Shown here piece by piece: positions 38,319 through 47,371 of a stretch of 64,000 bases of DNA. Made by a program: the position numbers and the translations under genes. Within the stretch, counting starts at the first letter, position 1. Each line of letters opens with the position of its first letter. The notes below the pieces were generated by a model. That model saw only the letters and a list, made by a program, of their open reading frames with translations, ran no database searches and was not told where the DNA came from. Origin of the DNA: an uncultured Bacteroidales bacterium (GTDB taxonomy: Bacteria; Bacteroidota; Bacteroidia; Bacteroidales; WCHB1-69); NCBI GenBank assembly GCA_900315705.1, contig ONAB01000002.1, positions 60,399 through 124,398 of the forward strand, written 5' to 3'.

Positions 38319-40358
38319 AATTTTTGAAGAAAACGATTTGAACACAGAATCCTCTTTGACAGAGTCTTTTAATATTGTCATGAAATCAGCTTCAGACACG
38401 GCCATATCATTAAATGCAACAACCAGTTTGTTCTCTTCCTCATCTTCTTTCACCTCAATGGTTACATTGTTGGCCATGGCTACTTTGCGGATTATCCGAT
38501 ATGCCGGGAGATACTTGGGCACCATTTTGATCAGGTGCAAACACGTATCAACATTCGGATTGCCAAGTTGCTCATTGAGTTCTGCTTCGAACAAGTATTG
38601 TTTCTTATCAACAACTATTCTGTCATCCGATTTTTCACCGGCAGAACGAATCAATTTGGCTATTTCCATAGCCTCTTCAAAGCGGTTCAGTCCCTGCAGG
38701 GCTTTCCCTTTGATGAACATGGCTTCGAGACAGGCGCGGCGGTCAAGCACCATGTCTGCATAGCCGATGGCCTCCTCCAGACGATCGCCATACAAACAAA
38801 CAACTGCATTGAGAAAATTACACGTCATGCTGCAATCCTTCAGCAAGGCAACATCTTTTGTTAAATCTTTCAGGCATTTGTCGTCGAGCATTATGTCAAA
38901 CATCTTTTTCGCCAGCAATGCCGCATTGCGGTAATCTCCTGCTTTCATTTTCTCCAACGACCATTGCAAGCATTCCTTGGCGGCACTGTCATAATCCTTG
39001 TCTTGGATATGTTTGTAAAGTAAACGGCCATGGTTTAGTTCATCATCAATCAAAAGAATGTCGTTGAACGAATTGGCAAAAGCTTTGATCTCTGTGTTTT
39101 GCAAAATATGATTGTGACGAATCTTGTTGCTGAGGGTTAGACCGTCAAGGCTCCGCATACGGCTTATCGCCACGTAAGCCTGACCGGGCGCAAAGGTCCC
39201 ACGAGTAAGGTCGAAGTGCATGCGATCAAAGGTCATGCCTTGCGACTTGTGGATGGTGATGGCCCAAGCAAGCTTCAACGGATATTGGGTAAACGACCCT
39301 GTAATTTCTGTTTCCACTTGCTTGGTCTCTTTGTTATACTCGCTTTCGCGTTTTTCCCACCTCATCTTTTCAACATTGATCTCATTGCCGTTTTCCAACG
39401 CCACCTTGATGTTATCATCGCTTAATTCAACAACCTTGGCTATGGTTCCATTTACTAAACCTTGGCCAAAGTCGTTGCGGCAGAATATCACCTGTGCTCC
39501 GACTTTCAGCCGCAACTCCATCGGAACGGGCGTGTCCTGAATGCGAAAATTACCATCAATATCTCCTTTATAGCAGAACTCTTCCGAATCAATATCGTCC
39601 AACTTCTTTTCGTTGATGCCATCGGCCAATTTAACACGAGCGGTTAAAATGACTGCAAAATCTCCAACCGTATCGTTCGTGCTCACTTGCTGATTCAGTA
39701 TGTCCAAATCCTCATTCGTGTTTTCGCCCAAACGCATCCTGTCAAGTATGTCCAAAAATCGCAAATCCTTTTGTCGATACACCTTTTGGAACTCAATCTT
39801 GGGCAGATTCATCCGCTTTATCACATTGGACTTATAGAAGTACGGGGTGCCACTCCCGTACATATCGCACAACATTTCATAATCAGCCGAACCGTACTTC
39901 ACCACGGGCGGCAACTGAAACAGGTCGCCAACGAAAACCACCTGTTTTCCGCCAAATGGCGAATGCGTTTCCTCTAGCGAGCGCAGGAAGCGGTCGATAC
40001 TGTCCACCCAATCGCAACGCACCATTGAGGCCTCATCGATAATAATTGTGTCTGTGTATTTTAGCACATCTCTTTTTTCTCTTGAGACTTCTAATTTCGT
40101 GCCAGACCCAATGGCTTCAAACGGCAAACCAAAGAAAGAGTGAATCGTTTGTCCTCCCACATTCATTGCGGCGATGCCAGTAGGAGCCAGCACCAAGAAG
40201 TTCTTCTTGATGAGCTTCTGAATACCTTTAATAAATGTGGTCTTACCGGTACCAGCCTTACCTGTTACAAAGAGACTGGTATTGATGTTTGCTACAAGGT
40301 CGAAAGCCTTCTGCTGCTCGACATTTTCTGGATCAATCTTGAATTCTACTTTCTCCAT
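38292..40358 (-). CDS. Pif1/RecD-like SF1 helicase with C-terminal TPR-like extension
   Basis: Walker A VTGKAGTGKTT, IIIDEASMV, VFVGDLFQLPPV, ITIHKSQGMTFD, YVAISRMRS. About 230 extra C-terminal helical residues. Confidence 0.85.
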   Translation of the reverse strand: MEKVEFKIDPENVEQQKAFDLVANINTSLFVTGKAGTGKTTFIKGIQKLIKKNFLVLAPTGIAAMNVGGQTIHSFFGLPFEAIGSGTKLEVSREKRDVLKYTDTIIIDEASMVRCDWVDSIDRFLRSLEETHSPFGGKQVVFVGDLFQLPPVVKYGSADYEMLCDMYGSGTPYFYKSNVIKRMNLPKIEFQKVYRQKDLRFLDILDRMRLGENTNEDLDILNQQVSTNDTVGDFAVILTARVKLADGINEKKLDDIDSEEFCYKGDIDGNFRIQDTPVPMELRLKVGAQVIFCRNDFGQGLVNGTIAKVVELSDDNIKVALENGNEINVEKMRWEKRESEYNKETKQVETEITGSFTQYPLKLAWAITIHKSQGMTFDRMHFDLTRGTFAPGQAYVAISRMRSLDGLTLSNKIRHNHILQNTEIKAFANSFNDILLIDDELNHGRLLYKHIQDKDYDSAAKECLQWSLEKMKAGDYRNAALLAKKMFDIMLDDKCLKDLTKDVALLKDCSMTCNFLNAVVCLYGDRLEEAIGYADMVLDRRACLEAMFIKGKALQGLNRFEEAMEIAKLIRSAGEKSDDRIVVDKKQYLFEAELNEQLGNPNVDTCLHLIKMVPKYLPAYRIIRKVAMANNVTIEVKEDEEENKLVVAFNDMAVSEADFMTILKDSVKEDSVFKSFSSKIRKINLSAC

Positions 40359-40387
40359 AAAGCTAACCTATTTGCTTGTTTCTGTTG

Positions 40388-40420
40388 CTTTATGACAGAA
40401 ACAAGCAAAAGGTTAACAAG
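40388..40420. repeat. short copy C of the cassette core
   Basis: ctttatgaca-N10-aaaggttaacaag is shared with copies A and B. It lies 30 nt upstream of the helicase ATG. Confidence 0.6.
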
Positions 40421-40440
40421 AAGATGGAATAAAAATGAGT

Positions 40441-40761
40441 CTAAATCATAAAACTGTATGTTGCTTTGGACACCAATCTTTCATTGATTGACTCTTTAGA
40501 ATAAACATAATGCCTTTTTATGCTCCCAAAAGACACAGGAACATGTCCATCCCAAGTGATCCTATTACATAGTTCAAAAATAATTTGATCCATGTCGCTT
40601 TGGGACATCAGATGTTTTAATATAACATCACATGAAACATCTTTTCCTCTATCAATGTTGTCATGCACTATTTCTTCATAATTATTCAAGGTCAGATTTT
40701 TTGAATTCTCTACAGCTTGAGGATCAACAACAAAATTCACTTCTACAAAAACATTTTTCAT
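40441..40761 (-). CDS. hypothetical protein (106 aa)
   Basis: AT-rich ORF, no family recognised. A candidate -7 box lies at 40888-40895. Confidence 0.4.
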   Translation of the reverse strand: MKNVFVEVNFVVDPQAVENSKNLTLNNYEEIVHDNIDRGKDVSCDVILKHLMSQSDMDQIIFELCNRITWDGHVPVSFGSIKRHYVYSKESINERLVSKATYSFMI

Positions 40762-40887
40762 AATACAAAGATTTAAAAATTAAACAAAATCACCATTGTT
40801 AAAAAGACAAACGTTATTCTTAGTTCGAGCATTCTCAACAACCCGGACAATAGCACAACGCCCTGTAAAACAATGGCTTTAGGTGAG

Positions 40888-40895
40888 CAAAGATA
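40888..40895 (-). promoter_or_regulatory. candidate -7 box (reverse complement TATCTTTG)
   Basis: Downstream of the CHAT stop and 127 nt upstream of ATG 40761. Confidence 0.3.
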
Positions 40896-40940
40896 ATGTT
40901 TTGATTTAATTCCGCAAGCGTTTTAGAAAAAAAATATAAC

Positions 40941-43900
40941 CTAATCCAGCAAAACAAATGAAGCCCAATAAGTTGCGTCAGGATATCTCTCTTTCATAGT
41001 GAGAACAGTGCTGACGTAGGCATCATGTTTTGAATATCCTTCAACCAGTTTTTCATAGAACAAACTCATATACTCCGATGTTGCTTTATCGTCTATCTGC
41101 CAAAGACTCATTAAGATAGAGGAAACGCCAGCCTTTTTGAAAGCGCGTTGTAAGCCGAAAATTCCATCAAAAAGGTCATCTCCAACTCCAGTCTCACAAG
41201 CAGAAAGAACAACAAGATTTACATTGTGTAAGTCAAGTTTAGAGATTTCGTATGCCGTAAGTATGTCATCATTATTATCTGGCTTAAAAGTAGAATCATT
41301 CCAGGCCTTTTGACCTCCTGAAAGAATTAAGCCAGAATAGAAAAGTTCATCTTGAATGTTTTCTGTATTTTCACTTTTAGCGAAGTAGGGAATGGCACTC
41401 CTCCGCGATTGAGGAATATAATAACCATGGGTAGCAACGTGAATAATGTTGGCTTGTGTTCCGTCAAGCTGCTTGAAGGCACTTTCGGTGGCATGTGGTC
41501 CAGTATATGTAACAATATCTACCCCACTGCCTTTCAACAACTTTTCAATTCGGTTCACTTCCAACAATGTGTTCTGTAAGTACGCCCAATTGCCTCTTGT
41601 GCTTATGCTACGCATCATATCAGCATATTCTTGAGTGTTTTCAAAATCAACACCGCCAAATGATGCTACAATATGGATGTCTCTATTTTCATACTTTTTT
41701 ATAATATTTCTTGTAGAGGAGACTCTGTACAAGTTGAAACGTTCAGCCGCAGTTTTACCAGTGCTGTCTGCCAAAAGTTCGATGTTGATAAGATTAAGTA
41801 ATCCCATAGGAGAGAAAAACACTCTGTCTTTCCCTTCAATATACCGCTGCACTTTACCCCATATTTTGGAGTATAATATTTGGCCTATTTCTGTATCATA
41901 CGATTTGGGTTGTAATTCATACATTCCCGAAAGATCATCTTCGTCAAATAAATCCACAAAAACGGGGGCTTTGCCATTAGGTAGAAGAACCATAGCGGAG
42001 TAATGCGGTTTAGGCACACTATCGCACCACGAATATGAATTGGCGGTGTACTTCACGAATTCAACACATGCTTCATCTTTATTCAGTTTATTCGCTACAT
42101 CCTTCCAATGAACATTGGTGAATTCTTCATTTACTTCTTTCAAAATCTCACGTTCTTTTAATTCGTATCGATACAAAGCCAATACTCTGGCATTGTCATC
42201 AGAAATAGCATAGATGCTATCGCGCATCTTGTCCAATTCGAGTTTAGCACTCACCATTTCAGGATGATTATCAAAATACGGAGAAAGAACATTGTAACGC
42301 AACGTCAGACCTTTCATAAGCAAGGCCGCATCGTATGCGATGCTAACACTAACACTATCTGTCGGATTCCATGATGCCCATTCTGGAATATGGTACAAGT
42401 TAAATTCCCCATTTCCCAAATATGTATCAGATTCCACAGAGCCTAAAACAGGTAACATACGATTTAATTCTACCTCCATGCCATAATAATAGCAAGGTAA
42501 ATATGCATGAATTGCAGTTGTATCATGTAATAGCGAAGACTTTAAGGCAACATTGAAATAACGATAGTAAGTATCTGGAAAATATTTCAACGCTTTAATC
42601 GAATACTCATAAGATTTTTCTCGCTGACCTAATCTAGAATAATGCTTTGCCCAATTTTCATTCAAATTGCCAAGGGTGATATTCTTTAGATTGTATTTTT
42701 CATAGTATTCTTTATTGGCAATCAAAATGCTGTCAATTTTATTAAAATACATTTCAGCTGTATCACGATAGTTGTTAACAGTGTCCATTAGCATTGAGTA
42801 TGCCTTGCCGACAATTAAATAGTAATTTGCATTTCCTCCTTCTGACTTTCTAATTCTATCCAAATTCCTGTTCTGAACAATCACTTCATTTGGGTTTGAA
42901 TCAGCAATGTAACCAAAATACATAGTCCAATCAGTCAACGAGACACTCCCTTCTATTTCTTCTCTAATCTTTATTTCTTCAAGCTTAAGTTTTGCAGCCA
43001 TTTCTGCTTGATTTGTGTTATAGTACACATTTGCTAATGCGTTCAGAATATCACAAGATTCCATATTGTTTGCAAGATTAAAGACGTAAGGATATGCCTT
43101 GTCGCAGTATTGTTTGCACAAGGGCATATTTCCCAATTGGTAGTAATTATCAGCAATTCTTGCATAACAAGAGGCAATCTTTCCAATTATCATGTCGTCA
43201 TCAATTCCAACAGAAGACAACGCTGCTATTTCTTTATTATACAGTTCGATCGCTCCCAATAAATCATGTTTCTGGGCACTGACCGCACCTGCAAATAAAT
43301 ATAATAAATCTGCATACCCCAAATCATATTCAAGTATTTCTATTTTGTGTAAACTAGTATCCAAGTTATGGATATACGAATGGTTCTTCCTGTACCAGCT
43401 CTCAATTTCGTCAATCCTATTGTGTACAAAAGCATGATTGTCAAAGCTGTTGTACATTCTATTCGTGTTGAAGCATTGGTTGAACCACAAATATTGTTTA
43501 AGATTGGCCGAAGTAACTTCTTGCTGTTTTATCACATCCATCGCGTCTTGGAGACAATAGACCGAATCTGCCCACGGCATAATGGTACATCCTCCCAATG
43601 TGCTTGCAATTAGATTAGTATAGAAAGGAAGCTCTTCGGGGTTATATAGTTTTATTACTTTTGAAAGTTCAATATATGTACCAATGGCATCGGTTGTAAG
43701 ATTTAAATCTCTTTGCAACACGAATACCATTCCGTAGTTGTTGTACATGTCTTTAAGAGTAATCCCATAGCTAACAAAAGCATCTATGTGTTGCTCAATC
43801 AATTCACAATTCTTAATTTGACATTCAAGTGCGCTTTCAAGATTACCTTTAGCGTGCTCTTGGTTTGCAAAAGTAACTAGCAGCCATGATGCAGAATCAT

Positions 43901-44018
43901 ACTTTGTTTGTTCTGCATACATGTTCACAAGTCTATCAACATCTACCTTTTTTAGATCCTGTGCTGACACTGACAGACAGAATCCTGCAAATATGAATAT
44001 AAAAAATGTTTTTCTCAT
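40941..44018 (-). CDS. exported TPR-repeat CHAT-domain protease
   Basis: Signal peptide MRKTFFIFIFAGFCLSVSAQ. About 700 aa of TPR-like helical repeats. C-terminal CHAT dyad context IIHVATHGYY (His) and LVVLSACETGVGD (Cys). Confidence 0.85.
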   Translation of the reverse strand: MRKTFFIFIFAGFCLSVSAQDLKKVDVDRLVNMYAEQTKYDSASWLLVTFANQEHAKGNLESALECQIKNCELIEQHIDAFVSYGITLKDMYNNYGMVFVLQRDLNLTTDAIGTYIELSKVIKLYNPEELPFYTNLIASTLGGCTIMPWADSVYCLQDAMDVIKQQEVTSANLKQYLWFNQCFNTNRMYNSFDNHAFVHNRIDEIESWYRKNHSYIHNLDTSLHKIEILEYDLGYADLLYLFAGAVSAQKHDLLGAIELYNKEIAALSSVGIDDDMIIGKIASCYARIADNYYQLGNMPLCKQYCDKAYPYVFNLANNMESCDILNALANVYYNTNQAEMAAKLKLEEIKIREEIEGSVSLTDWTMYFGYIADSNPNEVIVQNRNLDRIRKSEGGNANYYLIVGKAYSMLMDTVNNYRDTAEMYFNKIDSILIANKEYYEKYNLKNITLGNLNENWAKHYSRLGQREKSYEYSIKALKYFPDTYYRYFNVALKSSLLHDTTAIHAYLPCYYYGMEVELNRMLPVLGSVESDTYLGNGEFNLYHIPEWASWNPTDSVSVSIAYDAALLMKGLTLRYNVLSPYFDNHPEMVSAKLELDKMRDSIYAISDDNARVLALYRYELKEREILKEVNEEFTNVHWKDVANKLNKDEACVEFVKYTANSYSWCDSVPKPHYSAMVLLPNGKAPVFVDLFDEDDLSGMYELQPKSYDTEIGQILYSKIWGKVQRYIEGKDRVFFSPMGLLNLINIELLADSTGKTAAERFNLYRVSSTRNIIKKYENRDIHIVASFGGVDFENTQEYADMMRSISTRGNWAYLQNTLLEVNRIEKLLKGSGVDIVTYTGPHATESAFKQLDGTQANIIHVATHGYYIPQSRRSAIPYFAKSENTENIQDELFYSGLILSGGQKAWNDSTFKPDNNDDILTAYEISKLDLHNVNLVVLSACETGVGDDLFDGIFGLQRAFKKAGVSSILMSLWQIDDKATSEYMSLFYEKLVEGYSKHDAYVSTVLTMKERYPDATYWASFVLLD

Positions 44019-44019
44019 G

Positions 44020-44679
44020 CTATAGCTTTTTCAACAAAGTTGAAACTTCATCACCTATCGCCGTTCCTTCCGGATACATTGTTTGCAACTGCTCCAAAAC
44101 AACCTTTGCTTCTTTCTTGTCATAGTTCCGCAAATGTGCAATAGCAAGATTCCATCCTATGTAAGGTTCATACGTTGTATAGCCATTATATTTATCACTT
44201 TGTGCCAACGCCCATAATTCTTCAAGTTGTTTAATCGTATTATCCAAATCTTTTCCGTTGGCAACATTGTCGAACAATAAAGTTAGAGTGTTTACCACCT
44301 CCTCTTCTTCTTCCCCTCGAATAACTTCAGAAACGGGGAAGGCATACGCATATTCTTTCCCAAGTCTGGTTGTGGCAGAGTAATCATAAACAAAGTAACT
44401 GACAGTGAAAACAAGTGCGATACTGGCCGCAATAGATATCCATCGCAACGAAGAGGTCTTTTTTCCAGACGAGGCCTTCATCTTTTCCAACAGTTGTTTG
44501 TCATGCTCTTTGCCAACAACCTCCATCCCTTTAACGATTCTTGCCATTGATTCAGCTTGTTGTTTTAGGGTGTTATCTTTTGGGAGGTCAGCTTCAAATA
44601 CAGATTCCTCCCCAGGGGACATTTCTCCATGAAGATATCGGTTTATTCTTTCCTCATTATTATATAGTTGGTCGTCCAT
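44020..44679 (-). CDS. single-pass anti-sigma-like protein with C-terminal TPR-like domain
   Basis: N-terminal INRYLHGEMSPGEESVFEADL segment, TM helix WISIAASIALVFTVSYFVY, about 110-aa C-terminal helical domain. Lies 16 nt after the sigma gene and 1 nt before the CHAT gene. Confidence 0.55.
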   Translation of the reverse strand: MDDQLYNNEERINRYLHGEMSPGEESVFEADLPKDNTLKQQAESMARIVKGMEVVGKEHDKQLLEKMKASSGKKTSSLRWISIAASIALVFTVSYFVYDYSATTRLGKEYAYAFPVSEVIRGEEEEEVVNTLTLLFDNVANGKDLDNTIKQLEELWALAQSDKYNGYTTYEPYIGWNLAIAHLRNYDKKEAKVVLEQLQTMYPEGTAIGDEVSTLLKKL

Positions 44680-44695
44680 AATCTTGTGGTTGTTT

Positions 44696-45286
44696 TTACA
44701 TTTTAGCTAATATATTCTCATAACTCTTGCGGAATTTCTCCTGGCAGCGGTGTTTGGTCACTTTGGCAACGCTATCGCTGGCATAGCCGAACATCTGTGC
44801 TATCGCTTTCATTGATAGAACATCACGGAAGAAGGACCATAGCAGTTCATTGCACGGGGATGGCAAACTTTTGACCAGCTCCTGAACAATACTGTTTCGC
44901 TCGGCATCCGCTTTCTCATTGGATTCGATCATGTTTAGGATCTTGTCTGCCTTATTCAAGATAATGTTGTATCGTTCTTCGCCATCTTCGCTGGAGAAAG
45001 CATCTATTGACGACAATTGCATCTTGTCATTTTTCCGTAATTGCTCGTGAGCCTTGTTGTTGCAGATTCCAATGAAATAGGTGTACAACGAAGAGGAAAG
45101 GTTGTCCAATTTTCCGTCAACAGCAGCATGATATAGTATAATAGAAGCGTCCTGAAATACATCTTCACAATCCTCTCTGCTTAACGAGAAAGTATTGCGA
45201 AGATAGGAGAGCGTACGTTCTCGGTACTCTCTCGCAAAGTCGTTTAAGACTTTATCACGTTTCTTGTTTAATGATATGATTGGCAT
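44696..45286 (-). CDS. ECF-type sigma-70 family RNA polymerase sigma factor
   Basis: Region 2 EDVFQDASIILYHAAV...LYTYFIGICNNKAHEQLRK. Region 4 VLSMKAIAQMFGYASDSVAKVTKHRCQEKFRKS. Confidence 0.8.
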   Translation of the reverse strand: MPIISLNKKRDKVLNDFAREYRERTLSYLRNTFSLSREDCEDVFQDASIILYHAAVDGKLDNLSSSLYTYFIGICNNKAHEQLRKNDKMQLSSIDAFSSEDGEERYNIILNKADKILNMIESNEKADAERNSIVQELVKSLPSPCNELLWSFFRDVLSMKAIAQMFGYASDSVAKVTKHRCQEKFRKSYENILAKM

Positions 45287-45288
45287 GA

Positions 45289-46173
45289 TTATTGTGAACT
45301 TTCAGTTACCATGTGTTGTCTTACTAATCGGTTGTCCTTGTCCATATTTTTCCTCACATTTTCTATCCATTTAGTGTCGAATGATAGGGGTGAGGTTAAC
45401 AACTGCTGGCTGATATAATAAGACATAGGACCGTAATACTTACCATTTTGTTTGATTTCGGTATTCACCTCGTATGCTCTACAAGCCTCCAGCACATACA
45501 TAGGTGACATGCCCTTTTCAGATGCAATCTGAATATTCCCGCGTTTATCTATTGGTGGAGCATACGTTTTACCATTCTTGCTGAATCCAATATCTGTACC
45601 ACGAACATAGACACTGTCATCTTCCTCTTCGCCACGATATGAAGAACCTGCATGACAAGCATCCATCACCACATAAAGAATACCTTTCTCGCCGACCTTC
45701 TTTCTAATAGAATTCAAGTGACTGTTCAACTCGTCATCCAGCAAATGGTTCTCTCCTTGATACACACCCTTCTTGTAGCGATGTTGAGCGTCGTATGGAA
45801 TAAACGCCTCGTCCCAACCATCCGCTTCATCACCATTCTCATCCTCAACAGCTTGGCCGTGACCAGACAAGTGGATGTAAACGATATCTCCAGGACGCAC
45901 ACTGTTTTCCAGCTTTTTAAAGCCGTTTTCTATACCCTTATGAGTGGCCAAATTGTCTGTCAATGTTATAATTTTGAACCCCTGTTTTGCCAACAATGGA
46001 GAGATCAACTGCACATCATTGGTGCCATGTATTTTAGTCCACGAATCATCCGCATCTTTGTATTGGGGATAGTTGGATATTCCAATCAGCAAAGCATGCT
46101 TTTGCTGTGCAAAGAGAGGTGTTTGCAAAATCAAAATTGCCAAAAGGGTTATAATAAATTTTGTATTACGCAT
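45289..46173 (-). CDS. exported caspase-family (peptidase C14) protein
   Basis: Signal peptide MRNTKFIITLLAILILQTPLFAQ. HALLIGISNYP, His context YIHLSGHGQ, Cys context VVMDACHAGS. ATG 46173 is preferred over the TTG at 46179. Confidence 0.85.
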   Translation of the reverse strand: MRNTKFIITLLAILILQTPLFAQQKHALLIGISNYPQYKDADDSWTKIHGTNDVQLISPLLAKQGFKIITLTDNLATHKGIENGFKKLENSVRPGDIVYIHLSGHGQAVEDENGDEADGWDEAFIPYDAQHRYKKGVYQGENHLLDDELNSHLNSIRKKVGEKGILYVVMDACHAGSSYRGEEEDDSVYVRGTDIGFSKNGKTYAPPIDKRGNIQIASEKGMSPMYVLEACRAYEVNTEIKQNGKYYGPMSYYISQQLLTSPLSFDTKWIENVRKNMDKDNRLVRQHMVTESSQ

Positions 46174-46180
46174 AAGCAAT

Positions 46181-46285
46181 CTATTTTCGTTCTTTATCTT
46201 TCCTCTGTTCCAACTCTCTCACCCTACGCTCCACCATCAGCTGCTCGCTGTGGCGGAGACCATTCAAGTTATCGAATTCATTCAT
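46181..46285 (-). pseudogene. diverged 5' fragment of a thioesterase gene (34-codon ORF)
   Basis: MNEFDNLNGLRHSEQLMVE matches MTEFNNLTGLRHSEQLVVE of 35547-35936 and then diverges into RRVRELEQRKDKERK-stop. It ends 8 nt before the caspase ATG. Confidence 0.6.
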
Positions 46286-46354
46286 ACTATATTATTTTGA
46301 CTATTGACTATGTTTATTGCCTGTTGCCTATTGGCAGAAGTAATTGCTTAACCA

Positions 46355-46708
46355 TCAATCAAAAAACGTCCAGAAGTAAAACCAAATAATAATAAATACC
46401 AAAGCAAGGAGAATGTAGCATGCCGATATTAAAAGAGTGCTGATTTTCTTGAACTTAAACTCATGGATCATATTCCAAAGATTCAAAGGAAATCCCAAGA
46501 ATATCATCACCAGAAAATTGAAAAATCCAAACACAAAACAAAAATCGAACATGGGCAGAGAAAAGTATGGAACTTCTCCAATGAGCATATTCCCGTACAT
46601 GCGATATGCCCGCACGAGGGTGAGGAGAAAGGATATATACCACACCATCATCAAAACCCAGGTGATGACCATCAGGACTTTCAGAATAACGCGTAAAGTG
46701 TTGTTCAT
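46355..46708 (-). CDS. small multi-pass membrane protein
   Basis: 117-aa AT-rich ORF with four hydrophobic segments. Confidence 0.45.
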   Translation of the reverse strand: MNNTLRVILKVLMVITWVLMMVWYISFLLTLVRAYRMYGNMLIGEVPYFSLPMFDFCFVFGFFNFLVMIFLGFPLNLWNMIHEFKFKKISTLLISACYILLALVFIIIWFYFWTFFD

Positions 46709-46750
46709 CGAAAAAAATTCAGACGAAATGTAAACGAGATGAGTTGAGAA

Positions 46751-47290
46751 TTATTGTGCTATCGCCCTTCCCAGCGCCTCCGCTTCCTTCATCGCTTTCG
46801 TGCCCCGAACGCCACCCTTCTCTTTCGCGCCGCGCACGAGTACGTGGCCCGCGTCTTCAATGTGGAAGAAGTTGAGACAAAGTTGGTATTGGGTGAGGAT
46901 GCTGTCGAAGAGCTCGGGCAGGGAGGCGGCGCCGACCAAAAGGAGGGCGGCCTTCCGGATGTGGAAGGTGTCGCGGATGGGGTTGTGACAGCGGTCGACG
47001 AGCGCCTTCAGCTGCGCACTCAAACCGTAGAAATAGACTGGCGAGGCAATGACGAGCATATCGGCATTTGCCAACTTGCTGTATATAACAGGCATATCGT
47101 CCTTTTGTACGCAAGCGTTACCCACGCTCGAGAAGCACGCGTTGCACCCCGTACAAGGATGCACCGTGTAATCGTGTACCGAAACAATTTCTATGTGGTG
47201 CTTTTCTGAAGCCCCTTTGGCGAAAGCTTCCACAAGCAGGTCGGTGTTGCCGTTTTTGCGCGGACTGCCGGAAAGGATTAAGATATTCAT
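46751..47290 (-). CDS. flavodoxin-fold NAD(P)H-dependent FMN reductase / iron-sulfur flavoprotein-like
   Basis: MNILILSGSPRKNGNTDLLVEAF, Cys cluster CTGCNAC, LVIASPVYFYGLSAQLKALVDR. Confidence 0.8.
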   Translation of the reverse strand: MNILILSGSPRKNGNTDLLVEAFAKGASEKHHIEIVSVHDYTVHPCTGCNACFSSVGNACVQKDDMPVIYSKLANADMLVIASPVYFYGLSAQLKALVDRCHNPIRDTFHIRKAALLLVGAASLPELFDSILTQYQLCLNFFHIEDAGHVLVRGAKEKGGVRGTKAMKEAEALGRAIAQ

Positions 47291-47371
47291 ATCAAAGATG
47301 TTTTATTTAATGTCGTAAGTTTGTTAAATGTCCACCATTTCAATTCCAACAAGAAAGTAATCATATCGTTT

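Noticed and set aside
36081-46232. Calling the AT-rich 36-46 kb block an integrative or mobilisable element
   Set aside because: No integrase, relaxase, transposase or exact terminal repeats were seen. A Pif1-like helicase alone is insufficient, so I kept this as a hypothesis under the thioesterase-fragment finding.
45652-46389. 245-aa plus-strand ORF
   Set aside because: It is antisense to the caspase gene and runs across the thioesterase-fragment junction. No motifs. The caspase reading frame is strongly supported by its catalytic motifs.
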